A DNA stretch of 47,426 bases from assembly GCA_018675685.1 (NCBI GenBank), contig JABGXP010000010.1, forward strand, positions 1-47,426, given 5' to 3'. The notes beneath the pieces are model-generated. The model saw nothing but the letters and a program-made list of their open reading frames with translations, was not told where the DNA came from and ran no database searches. The DNA is from a bacterium. GTDB taxonomy: Bacteria; Patescibacteriota; Minisyncoccia; Moranbacterales; DUUL01. Position numbers and translations under genes: made by a program. Positions 18,151-26,206 of this stretch are shown here, piece after piece. How positions within the stretch are numbered: the first letter of the stretch is position 1; each line of letters begins with the position of its first letter.

Positions 18151-18234
18151 TGCCCGGGGCGGGACTTGAACCCGCACGAACTTGCGTTCAAGGGATTTTA
18201 AGTCCCTCGTGTCTACCGATTCCACCACCCGGGC
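18151..18234 (-). tRNA. tRNA-Leu, anticodon TAA (class II, long variable arm; no encoded CCA)
   Basis: The reverse complement reads GCCCGGG TG GTGGAATCGGTAGACAC G AGGGA CTTAAAA TCCCT, then variable arm TGAACGCAAGTTCGT, then GCGGG TTCAAGT CCCGC CCCGGGC A. Confidence 0.9.
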
Positions 18235-18262
18235 AAATTCTGGGAGAGGGATATATATTCTG

Positions 18263-18333
18263 AGGTCCGAAGCGGAATTGAACCGCTGTAGAAGGTTTTG
18301 CAGACCTTTGCCTAACCACTCGGCCATCGGACC
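18263..18333 (-). tRNA. tRNA-Cys, anticodon GCA (no encoded CCA)
   Basis: The reverse complement reads GGTCCGA..AAGGT CTGCAAA ACCTT..AGCGG TTCAATT CCGCT TCGGACC T. The discriminator U73 is the classical Cys identity element. Confidence 0.88.
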
Positions 18334-18393
18334 ATTCAAGAAAAACTACCTTAATACAATAGCAATATTGATACATTTGGTCAATACAAGACA

Positions 18394-19245
18394 CTAGCAA
18401 GAATCCCGCGCTTCCTTTGCAAATTCAATGTCTGAGACAATTTTGACATGTTTCGTTTCAATAATCAGAGGAATATTTTTCTTAGTTGCAATTTTAATTA
18501 CCTCCGCTAACCCTGTGGCGCCTATTTTCCCTTGCCCCAAGTGATCGTGGCGATCTACTTTTGAGTTAAATTCGGTTAAAGCGTCATTTAGATGGATCAC
18601 TTTTAATTTTTCGATCCCAATTTTTTCATCCATTTTTGTAAAAAAACTCCTAACCTGTTTCTTTGAGCGAAGATCATATCCAGCAACAAAACTGTGACAA
18701 GTATCCATACAAAAGCCAAGTTGAGGAAATCTGTCTGTAAAATAAGCTATTTCATCAATTGTGTCGCCCATGATGTTTCCGCTCCCTGCCGCAATCTCTA
18801 AAAGTAGTTGTGAACGCCCAGTATATCCCCTTAGAATCTTAGTCAAGCCCTTTTCAACTTGTTTTTTTGCTAACTTTCTGGAATCTTTACCTTCAAAATC
18901 TTTAGCACTTCCGATGTGCGTTACCACAAACGGAACCTTCAGTAAACTAGCAACTTCCAATTCTTGTTGCAAAGAGCTAACTGAGCCATAGAAAATTCTA
19001 TTATTCGTACTTGCTAGATTGATAAAATATGCAGAGTGAATAATGTTTGATTTCCAAGATTTAAAACCCAATTGCTCACATTCAGTAACAAAATTAGCAG
19101 CAATTTCAGTGGTAATTTCTTTTGATTTACCCCCTCGAGGTGATTTTGAAAAGAATTGAAAAAACTCACAACCAATTTCGATTGCATTTTTTGGTGCATT
19201 TTCTAGTCCACCAGCAATGGATACATGTGCTCCTATTTGGGACAC
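18394..19245 (-). CDS. nfo: endonuclease IV (AP endonuclease family 2)
   Basis: 283 aa with a GTG start. Motifs: GAHVSIAGG, HSAYFINLAS, VVTHIGS, LLEIAAGSG, CMDTCHSFVAGYD, IHLNDA and DRHDHLGQG. Confidence 0.9.
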   Translation of the reverse strand: MSQIGAHVSIAGGLENAPKNAIEIGCEFFQFFSKSPRGGKSKEITTEIAANFVTECEQLGFKSWKSNIIHSAYFINLASTNNRIFYGSVSSLQQELEVASLLKVPFVVTHIGSAKDFEGKDSRKLAKKQVEKGLTKILRGYTGRSQLLLEIAAGSGNIMGDTIDEIAYFTDRFPQLGFCMDTCHSFVAGYDLRSKKQVRSFFTKMDEKIGIEKLKVIHLNDALTEFNSKVDRHDHLGQGKIGATGLAEVIKIATKKNIPLIIETKHVKIVSDIEFAKEARDSC

Positions 19246-19284
19246 TTATTTTTTGATTAATTTTTGAATAAACTAAAATAAAAA

Positions 19285-20259
19285 CTATTTAATCACCCAG
19301 TCGCCGTCTATTAACTTCAACTTTCCTTCAATTTCAAAGCCACTGGAGAGCTTGTGACCGCCACCTTTGAACTGTCGTGCAATTTCTGATACGTCAATTT
19401 TTTTATGTTCGTCTGACCTTAGGCTGGCTTTTACTTTGTTATTAGGTCTCTCTGATAATACTAAAGAGAATTTACTCCCCGAGATCGTATTTAACATCTC
19501 TGAAATTCCTCCTAAGTCATGAATTGTGGCGTTACATTTTTTTAAATCATCCTTTGTAATAAAAGAAACAGCCATACCAGTTTTTTCATTAAGTTTGGCA
19601 CGCTCAAGCGCAATACCCCAGAGCTTAAGTGTATCAAGAGATTTATTTGTAAATAAAACACGATTAACTTTAGTGATTGATGCACCATTCCTCATTAAAG
19701 TGCTTGCGATTTCAAGTGTTTTAGGGGAAGTATTGCTATGTCTAAATCCTCCAGTATCAGCAAAAATACCATTTAATAAAAATTGTGCAACACGGAAATC
19801 AAGGTTGAATGAAACTTGTTTAAAAAAATCATAGATAATTTCACAAGTTGCCGAGGTTTTAGAATCAACAATGTTCAAGGCTTTTGGGATAAGTCCGCCT
19901 TGATTGTGATGGTCAATATTGACCAGCCTGCCCGAGTATTTAGCGGTTAATAGTTTTTTATCAAAACCTAGCTCATAGAAAACTGAGCCTCGGTCTAAAA
20001 AAATAAAAGAATCAAAATCCTCGTATTTAAAGCTATTCAAAATTTTATAGCTATCAAAAAGTTTAGCAAGCTGTTTTCCTGGTTGGTCAAGTGTGTAAAT
20101 CGTAACTTTTGTTTCAGGAAAAGCTTTTTCTAAATAACCACGAAGAGCAAAAGCAGAACCAAGTGCATCAGCATCTGGGCGAGGATGAATTGTTATAAGA
20201 ATGCTCTTCGCACTCTCTAAGATAGTAGATAATTGTCCAAACTCTTTTTGAAATGACAT
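19285..20259 (-). CDS. nrnA: DHH/DHHA1 family phosphoesterase (NrnA-like oligoribonuclease / pAp phosphatase)
   Basis: 324 aa. Motifs: HPRPDADALGS, IDHHNQ and C-terminal GGGHKLSSG. Confidence 0.8.
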   Translation of the reverse strand: MSFQKEFGQLSTILESAKSILITIHPRPDADALGSAFALRGYLEKAFPETKVTIYTLDQPGKQLAKLFDSYKILNSFKYEDFDSFIFLDRGSVFYELGFDKKLLTAKYSGRLVNIDHHNQGGLIPKALNIVDSKTSATCEIIYDFFKQVSFNLDFRVAQFLLNGIFADTGGFRHSNTSPKTLEIASTLMRNGASITKVNRVLFTNKSLDTLKLWGIALERAKLNEKTGMAVSFITKDDLKKCNATIHDLGGISEMLNTISGSKFSLVLSERPNNKVKASLRSDEHKKIDVSEIARQFKGGGHKLSSGFEIEGKLKLIDGDWVIK

Positions 20260-20271
20260 CTTGATTCTAGA

Positions 20272-20613
20272 TTACTTCTCTTTCTCGATCTGTTTAAAAA
20301 CAGACTCTAATTTATCAACATTTTCCTGGGTTGTGTCTAACAAAAATTCAATACGAGGCAGACGTCTAATCTGCATCTTTCTATTGAGTGCACCTTGAAT
20401 ACGATAAATTTCTTTCTTCAAAGTTACCATTGCATAGCGCCTTTCTTTCTCAGGAAAGACGCTGACAAGGATTTTTGTCTCCTCGAGATCTTTTGTGGTT
20501 GAAACCTTGATAATAGAAACGAAAAGGCCTTTCTTAAAAGAAATTTCTTTATTCAATATCTCGGAAACATTGTCCCGAATAAAATCATTTATTTTTGCAA
20601 TTCTTTCAGACAT
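20272..20613 (-). CDS. rbfA: ribosome-binding factor A
   Basis: 113 aa, located immediately downstream of infB. It shows an RbfA-like KH-fold pattern (RIAKINDFIRDNVSEIL.., LPRIEF). Confidence 0.8.
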   Translation of the reverse strand: MSERIAKINDFIRDNVSEILNKEISFKKGLFVSIIKVSTTKDLEETKILVSVFPEKERRYAMVTLKKEIYRIQGALNRKMQIRRLPRIEFLLDTTQENVDKLESVFKQIEKEK

Positions 20614-20642
20614 AAGGTTGTCAGAGTTAGTTTATCAGTAGG

Positions 20643-22430
20643 TTATAATTTCCTCTTAATTTTCTCTTCTTTGTAGCAAAGCAAAGTGTCGCCGGCAAAA
20701 ATCTTCTCTTTTCCCTCGAAAGTGATCCCGCATTCCAAGCCCTCTTTTACCTCGCTGACATCTTGTTTGTTTTGTTGTAACTGGACTAAAGTCCCGATTC
20801 CTTGAGATTCTTTATTTCTTAGTATTTCCAAGAAATTACCCTTTACTAGCTTGCCATTCATCACCTTTCCTCCAACAACAATTCCCTTTTTAAGGTTTTT
20901 AAAAACAGCCAAAACCTTCAAACGACCTAAATCAACTCTTTTGATTTCTGTGTCTAAGAGTTCAGACATCTGCTCTTTAACGTCCGCAACTAATTCATAA
21001 ATTACACTATAGGATTTTATTGTGACGCTATTATTTTCAGCGAATCTATTGGCAATCGAAGTCGGATTCACATTAAATCCGTAGATTGCAGCACTTCCAG
21101 TTTGAGCAGCCTGTACGTCAGTTTCTGTGATTGGTCCAACACCATTATATAAAATATCTAGAGAGATTTCATTTGAGGGGATTGTTTTTAAAATTTGTTC
21201 AAGAGCCTCAAGTGTCCCCTTTGTGTCAGCCTTAATGATAATTGAGAATCTTTTCATTAGAGCTGCATCAATGTTTTTAATAAGATCTTGTGAACTATGA
21301 GCCACGGAGCCTTTAGAGACAAAAGAGCCTTGTCTGGCTAGTAGCTTCTTCTTTTTTCTATCAAGAATTCCATCCTGCACTTGCAAGACATCGTTGCTAT
21401 TTGGAACGTTTGGTAAACCAATTAAAACAATTGGCATTGAAGGCGAGGCAGTTTTGATAGATTTACCGTTGTAGTCTTCTATTTTTCGGACCCTACCGTT
21501 AATGCTTCCAATAGTAATGTTTTGTCCGACCTTCAAGGTTCCAGTTTTAATCAAAACAGTTGCAACCGAACCTTTTTGGGGATCTTTATGAGCTTCAAGC
21601 ACAACACCAAGAGCACCCCTTTCTTCGTTTGCTTTGAATTCCTGAACTTCAGCAACCAAGAGAATTGTATCCAAAAGATCATCTAAACCGAGATTTTCCT
21701 TTGCGGAGATTTCGTTAAAAGGAACATCACCACCGTATCCTTCGACAAGAACTCCAACTTCAGCGAGTTCTTGTTTAACACGATTTGTATTCGCCTCAGG
21801 TTTATCGATTTTATTAACGGCTACGATTGTTGGTATTTTATTTTCCATTAAAAATTGAGCAACTTCTTTTGTCTGTGGTTTCACTCCATCATCAGCTGCT
21901 ACAACCAGAATTGCTATATCAGCCATCCCAGCGCCACGTTCTCTCATTGAGGCAAAAGCTTCATGCCCTGGAGTATCAATGAATGTGATTAATTCACCTT
22001 TTTTCTTTGCTTGGTATGCACTGATGTGTTGAGTAATTCCCCCAGACTCCTTTTCTGCAATATGGGTTTTCCTTAAAGTGTCTAAAAGGGTTGTTTTTCC
22101 ATGATCAACATGCCCAAGGATTGTTACAATTGGAGCTCTTGGGGAAAGCTTCTCTGATGTTTCTTGTTCAAGTTTCAAGAGTTCCCCAAGTTTTTCAATA
22201 GTAAGGATTTCATCATCAATAGCACTTTCTTCAATTTCTGTTTCAAATCCTAATTCTTCAGCGACAAGAACAGCTGTTTCATAGTCGATAACTTCGTTAA
22301 TAGAAGCCATTATCCCATTCTCCATTAGCTTTTTGATAAGTTCAATTGCGCTGATTTCAAGACGTTTTGCAAAATCCCCAACTGTTAATTGGAAAGGAAT
22401 TTTAATGATTTTTTGATTCTTTTGAGACAT
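20643..22430 (-). CDS. infB: translation initiation factor IF-2 (short N-terminus)
   Basis: 595 aa. G-domain motifs: GHVDHGKTTLLD, DTPGHEAF, NKIDK and SAK. Confidence 0.95.
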   Translation of the reverse strand: MSQKNQKIIKIPFQLTVGDFAKRLEISAIELIKKLMENGIMASINEVIDYETAVLVAEELGFETEIEESAIDDEILTIEKLGELLKLEQETSEKLSPRAPIVTILGHVDHGKTTLLDTLRKTHIAEKESGGITQHISAYQAKKKGELITFIDTPGHEAFASMRERGAGMADIAILVVAADDGVKPQTKEVAQFLMENKIPTIVAVNKIDKPEANTNRVKQELAEVGVLVEGYGGDVPFNEISAKENLGLDDLLDTILLVAEVQEFKANEERGALGVVLEAHKDPQKGSVATVLIKTGTLKVGQNITIGSINGRVRKIEDYNGKSIKTASPSMPIVLIGLPNVPNSNDVLQVQDGILDRKKKKLLARQGSFVSKGSVAHSSQDLIKNIDAALMKRFSIIIKADTKGTLEALEQILKTIPSNEISLDILYNGVGPITETDVQAAQTGSAAIYGFNVNPTSIANRFAENNSVTIKSYSVIYELVADVKEQMSELLDTEIKRVDLGRLKVLAVFKNLKKGIVVGGKVMNGKLVKGNFLEILRNKESQGIGTLVQLQQNKQDVSEVKEGLECGITFEGKEKIFAGDTLLCYKEEKIKRKL

Positions 22431-22539
22431 AGGCTTTTGTTGGGTTACGTTGTTAGTATATAAAAGTCACAACATTTAGTGCAATGTTCTTTTATAGCAG
22501 TAAATATGCGAATAGTCAATTAGCTAGGATTGAAAATTA

Positions 22540-23049
22540 TTACCCCTTTTCTTGTATCTCCGTGGATTTAGCAGAAGAAGCAATCTCAATTGCCCTCTTC
22601 TCCTCCTCTGTTAGGGGATGTTTTTGTGAGGATTTGTTTTGAATTGATTTTGTGTAGACTCTAACACCATCACGAGAATATATTGAAGAGATTGTTAATC
22701 CATTGTTTTCGCCATCTAAAAGTGCAATTGAAAAACTTTGATCTCCTCCGATATCGCGAAATGGATTGAATCTGATCATCCCGATCTTATATATTCCAAG
22801 ATGTGCAAGCTCATGAATTTTCGTTGTGATTTCGTATAAGTCACTGATATCGTTATCTGCTGACAACAAAGCTTTTTGATTTTCTAAAATAATTTGCTCA
22901 AGGTTTTTAGCGCTCTTTCCGCTAAAAAAAATTTGCTGTTTCTTTTTCAAGCTAAACAAAGTAAATTGTTGAGCAACGCTCCAAATCAGCAAAGCAAAGA
23001 CTAAAAAAGAGAGTGTGTATAAAAAAAGTTCTTGATTTTCTGCAAACAT
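22540..23049 (-). CDS. DUF4446-like membrane protein
   Basis: 169 aa with an N-terminal TM segment. The C-terminal region (IRFNPFRDIGGDQSFSIALLDGENNGLTISSIYSRDGVRVYTKSI) resembles the DUF4446 family as I recall it. Confidence 0.5.
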   Translation of the reverse strand: MFAENQELFLYTLSFLVFALLIWSVAQQFTLFSLKKKQQIFFSGKSAKNLEQIILENQKALLSADNDISDLYEITTKIHELAHLGIYKIGMIRFNPFRDIGGDQSFSIALLDGENNGLTISSIYSRDGVRVYTKSIQNKSSQKHPLTEEEKRAIEIASSAKSTEIQEKG

Positions 23050-23162
23050 AATTGAAAGTTAAAAATATCAAAATCTATCATTAAACATAACACTTTAAAG
23101 GTGTAAAGTAAAATTATTTTGCGCCAGTTTTGAGGTGTTTTAAAGGGAATGAAAGTTAAAAC

Positions 23163-23191
23163 TTGAAAAAAATTTGATTTGAGATTAAGAT
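23163..23191 (+). promoter_or_regulatory. candidate promoter for tRNA-Val: TTGAAA, 17 nt, TAAGAT
   Basis: -35 at 23163-23168. -10 at 23186-23191, about 30 nt upstream of the tRNA 5' end. Confidence 0.3.
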
Positions 23192-23220
23192 GTAGAAGTT
23201 AATGATGATATATTCGCCAA

Positions 23221-23294
23221 GGGTCTGTAGCTCAGTTGGTTAGAGCGCCACGTTGACATCGTGGAGGTCTCCAGTTCAAATCTGGACAGACCCA
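23221..23294 (+). tRNA. tRNA-Val, anticodon GAC (no encoded CCA)
   Basis: GGGTCTG TA GCTC AGTTGGTTA GAGC G CCACG TTGACAT CGTGG AGGTC TCCAG TTCAAAT CTGGA CAGACCC A. Confidence 0.92.
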
Positions 23295-23314
23295 CTAGAT
23301 TTGCATGAAAAATT

Positions 23315-23349
23315 AAATGGACGGCTATCAGTCAGATAGTCGTCCATTT
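23315..23349. terminator. 15-bp hairpin shared by the convergent tRNA-Val and xer genes
   Basis: AAATGGACGGCTATC agtca GATAGTCGTCCATTT, with one G-U pair. The T-rich run lies on the minus-strand side (TTTAATTTTTC). Confidence 0.55.
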
Positions 23350-23404
23350 AGGTAAGGAGTAGTACGATTTTTAATATATTGCATGCTTAATTAAGATAAG
23401 AAAA

Positions 23405-24313
23405 TTATAAATTCTTTTTTTTATAGAACCTATTGTATGTTTCTTTCAAGCCTTCATTTGTTACGTGAGTGTAGATCTGAGTAGTATTAATAGAACTGTG
23501 CCCTAAAAGCGCTTGAACGCTACGAATATCAGCTCCATTTTGTAAAAGATTAGTAGCAAAGCTATGGCGTAAAACGTGAGGAGTAACCTTTTTTAGAATA
23601 CCTGCTTTTTTTGCACAGCTAACGACTATTCTTTGGATACTTCGAGTTGTGATCCGCAAGTCAGAGAGATCGTTCTTCTTTGGAAGCCTGACAAACAACG
23701 CTGGATCCAAGTCATTTCTTTTGCTTAGATAATATTCTATAGCACCCTTTGCTCCATCTGAAATAAAAACGATTCTTATTTTAGAACCTTTGCCAATAAT
23801 TGAAAACTCTTTACGTACAAGGTCAATATTATCTCGATTTAAATTCACAAGCTCTGAGACTCTAAGCCCTGAAGAAAAAAGAAGCAGCAAAATAGCCCGG
23901 TTTCTAGCAGTGGCAAAAGACATCCCTTCGGTGGCTTGGATGAGGCGTTCTATTTCTTCAATAGAAAGAAAATCAATAGTACGCGCGTTTGTTTTCCCTA
24001 GCTCTATTTTTTCAGCAGAGAGAGAAAAGATATTCTTTTTTGAAAGATATCGCAAAAACCCTCGAAGGGCTATGATGTAATAATTCTGAGTCTTTCTGTT
24101 TAAAGAGTTCCCCATTTCATCCGTAACTTGATTGAGATGTACGCGAAATTTATGCACAAGAGTGTCAGAGATATCAATTGGTTTTGATATTTTTGACCAG
24201 CTGGCAAATTTGTTTAAGTATCTAGCGTAGTTCTCTAGTGTTTTTTGTGATCTGTTCTTATCAACTTCAAGATACTCGAGGTAATCTGTAATTAGGGTGT
24301 TAATTTTTTTCAT
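23405..24313 (-). CDS. tyrosine site-specific recombinase, XerC/XerD-like
   Basis: 302 aa. N-terminal SAM-like core-binding domain: YLEYLEVDKNRSQKTLENYARYL. Catalytic region: GLRVSEL..HVLRHSFATNLLQNGADIRSVQALLGHSSINTTQIYTHV. Confidence 0.88.
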   Translation of the reverse strand: MKKINTLITDYLEYLEVDKNRSQKTLENYARYLNKFASWSKISKPIDISDTLVHKFRVHLNQVTDEMGNSLNRKTQNYYIIALRGFLRYLSKKNIFSLSAEKIELGKTNARTIDFLSIEEIERLIQATEGMSFATARNRAILLLLFSSGLRVSELVNLNRDNIDLVRKEFSIIGKGSKIRIVFISDGAKGAIEYYLSKRNDLDPALFVRLPKKNDLSDLRITTRSIQRIVVSCAKKAGILKKVTPHVLRHSFATNLLQNGADIRSVQALLGHSSINTTQIYTHVTNEGLKETYNRFYKKKNL

Positions 24314-24376
24314 CTAAAAATAAAATCTTATTATGTTCTTATTCTACACCAACATTCCATAAATAGTAACTTGCTA

Positions 24377-24404
24377 TTGACAAAACAAATGCTTTGAGTA
24401 GAAT
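24377..24404 (+). promoter_or_regulatory. sigma70-like promoter: TTGACA, 16 nt, TAGAAT
   Basis: -35 at 24377-24382 within CTATTGACAAAA. -10 at 24399-24404. The leader to the TTG start at 24590 would be about 180 nt. Confidence 0.4.
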
Positions 24405-24589
24405 AGTGTTGAATATAATTAATTGGATTGTGAGTTGATGGAGATATGTCCTTTGAGACAAGTTTCCTATAGATACACAATTATCAGGGAAAAAAAGCCA
24501 TAAAACGTTGCATTCCAACATTTCATAAACAGGCTTTCAGTGACAAAACAGGAGAAGGAAAGAAGGAAAAACGAACATTTCAAGAAGTA

Positions 24590-25744
24590 TTGAAAGGTTC
24601 TGGTGCCTTTTTAAAACAAAAAGAAAAACAATTTCTTAGCTTTATAAAAAACAATAAAACTAGTATTTTATTGGATTTTTTTAGAGGACATTCAGCTGTT
24701 ATTGTAGTTGCTTTAGTTTCTAGTCTAGTAGTGGTTGGAAACTTAAACAAAGCTGAAGACAATACCAATAATACTGGCTTCGTCTCTGGATTTTTTCAAA
24801 AAGAAGAATCAAATGAGGAAAAAATTAAAAGAAGAGTGAAGAATAACGTATATAAAAATGAAACCGCCATGGTTCCCGTAGCAGTTGCAACAGAGGAAAT
24901 TAAAGACGAAGAGTCTATTGCTGAACTACTGAACAAAGAGGGTAATCTAAACCAGAATCAAGCTCAATATCAAGTTTTAACTGCTACGATCCCTGATACG
25001 AAAGAATTACTTGATCAAGGAGCTGATGTTGCTGTTTATCAGGTTAAAAGTGGTGATACCCTGGGGTCTATCGCACAAAAGTTTGAAGTTACAGAAAACA
25101 CCATCCTTTGGGCAAACGATATTGACGATCCAGATTTGATTATGCCCGATGATAAAATATTTATTTTGCCGGCTGTTGGTGTGCAACATGTCGTAAAAGA
25201 CGGAGATACGATTGATAAAATTGCTAAAAAATATGAAGCTGAAAAAGATAGAATTATAGCATTTAATGAATTGCCAGCCGATGGAAGATTAAAGGTTGGT
25301 GAGGAATTGATAATACCTGATGGCCAGAAAGAGGATCCAAGACCAGCAACACCGAGGAGCTTGTTAACACAAAGAAATTACTATTCTTCTGGAGATTCTG
25401 GAACAAGGACACCTTCTATTATTGATAGAAATCCAAAGCGAGGACATCGATTCCCAGGAGGACAGTGCACATGGTATGTTGCACAATCTAAATATGTACC
25501 ATGGGGAGGAAATGCAGGAACGTGGTTATATAACTCCCGTGCCTTTGGAGCAAAAACTGGTAAAAAGGCCAAAAAAGGAGCCATTATGGTTACAAGTGAA
25601 AGTTGGTATGGACATGTTGGAATTGTGACTAAGGTTAAAGGAGGCAATGTAACAATTCGTGAAATGAACTACAGAGGTCCTTGGATTGAAAATACAAGAA
25701 CCTTATCTGCCAAAAGTAGAGTAATCAAAGGGTATATTTATTAA
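24590..25744 (+). CDS. membrane-anchored peptidoglycan hydrolase: 2x LysM + C-terminal CHAP domain
   Basis: 384 aa; the TTG start is uncertain. TM segment: AVIVVALVSSLVVVG. LysM repeats: YQVKSGDTLGSIAQKF.. and HVVKDGDTIDKIAKKY... CHAP region: FPGGQCTWYVA..WYGHVGIV..EMNY. Confidence 0.82.
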   Translation: MKGSGAFLKQKEKQFLSFIKNNKTSILLDFFRGHSAVIVVALVSSLVVVGNLNKAEDNTNNTGFVSGFFQKEESNEEKIKRRVKNNVYKNETAMVPVAVATEEIKDEESIAELLNKEGNLNQNQAQYQVLTATIPDTKELLDQGADVAVYQVKSGDTLGSIAQKFEVTENTILWANDIDDPDLIMPDDKIFILPAVGVQHVVKDGDTIDKIAKKYEAEKDRIIAFNELPADGRLKVGEELIIPDGQKEDPRPATPRSLLTQRNYYSSGDSGTRTPSIIDRNPKRGHRFPGGQCTWYVAQSKYVPWGGNAGTWLYNSRAFGAKTGKKAKKGAIMVTSESWYGHVGIVTKVKGGNVTIREMNYRGPWIENTRTLSAKSRVIKGYIY

Positions 25745-25777
25745 AGAATTTCCCCAAAAAACAACAAATAAACTTCA

Positions 25778-25808
25778 AAAGACCAGAATAAAAACTGGTC
25801 TTTTTGTT
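25778..25808 (+). terminator. intrinsic terminator
   Basis: AAAGACCAG aataaaaa CTGGTCTTT followed by TTGTTT. Confidence 0.8.
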
Positions 25809-25841
25809 TACAAGTTAGGTTTAGAAGGTTATCTTTAGAAA

Positions 25842-25861
25842 TCTAATTTTAAAAAATTAGA
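25842..25861. promoter_or_regulatory. perfect 9+9 inverted repeat (candidate operator)
   Basis: TCTAATTTT aa AAAATTAGA. It ends 7 nt upstream of the -35 of the 25869 promoter. Confidence 0.3.
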
Positions 25862-25868
25862 CGGTTCA

Positions 25869-25897
25869 TTAACAAAATTTCTACATTGCTTTATAAA
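25869..25897 (+). promoter_or_regulatory. sigma70-like promoter: TTAACA, 17 nt, TATAAA
   Basis: -35 at 25869-25874. -10 at 25892-25897. It sits upstream of the 25927 gene. Confidence 0.4.
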
Positions 25898-25926
25898 CCA
25901 AGAACCTTTTAAGGAGGGAATCTTCA

Positions 25927-26166
25927 ATGTCAATTAAGAACATTGGGGCAATTAAAGATGTTGATGGCAGTAAAGTATATATTGGTTGGGAAGCGAAAGG
26001 TGTTTTAGGCTCTTCTGATTCTTGGAAGATATATCTTCGTTTTAAAGATAGCTGGTGGATTGAGCAAGAGAGTGTTGAAGTTCGCAATTCACAGGAAGCT
26101 CATTCTTGGGCAAAAGAGAAAGTCAAAAGCGGAAAAGGTCTTAGGAAAAAGGAGCGAATTATTTAG
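25927..26166 (+). CDS. hypothetical 79-aa Trp-rich protein
   Basis: SD AAGGAGGG lies 9 nt upstream of the ATG. It is the first gene of the orphan cassette. I recognise no family. Confidence 0.6.
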   Translation: MSIKNIGAIKDVDGSKVYIGWEAKGVLGSSDSWKIYLRFKDSWWIEQESVEVRNSQEAHSWAKEKVKSGKGLRKKERII

Positions 26167-26206
26167 GAAAAGATAGAAAACAACCACAAGGTCACAAGGA
26201 GGTAAA

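Noticed and set aside
18088-18400. Three overlapping ORFs of 70-83 aa
   Set aside because: They are made of tRNA-Leu and tRNA-Cys gene sequence on both strands. The tRNA folds explain the region.
24339-24768. Two minus-strand ORFs of about 60 aa between xer and the LysM-CHAP gene
   Set aside because: They have no SD. They overlap the divergent promoter region and the 5' end of the LysM-CHAP gene.
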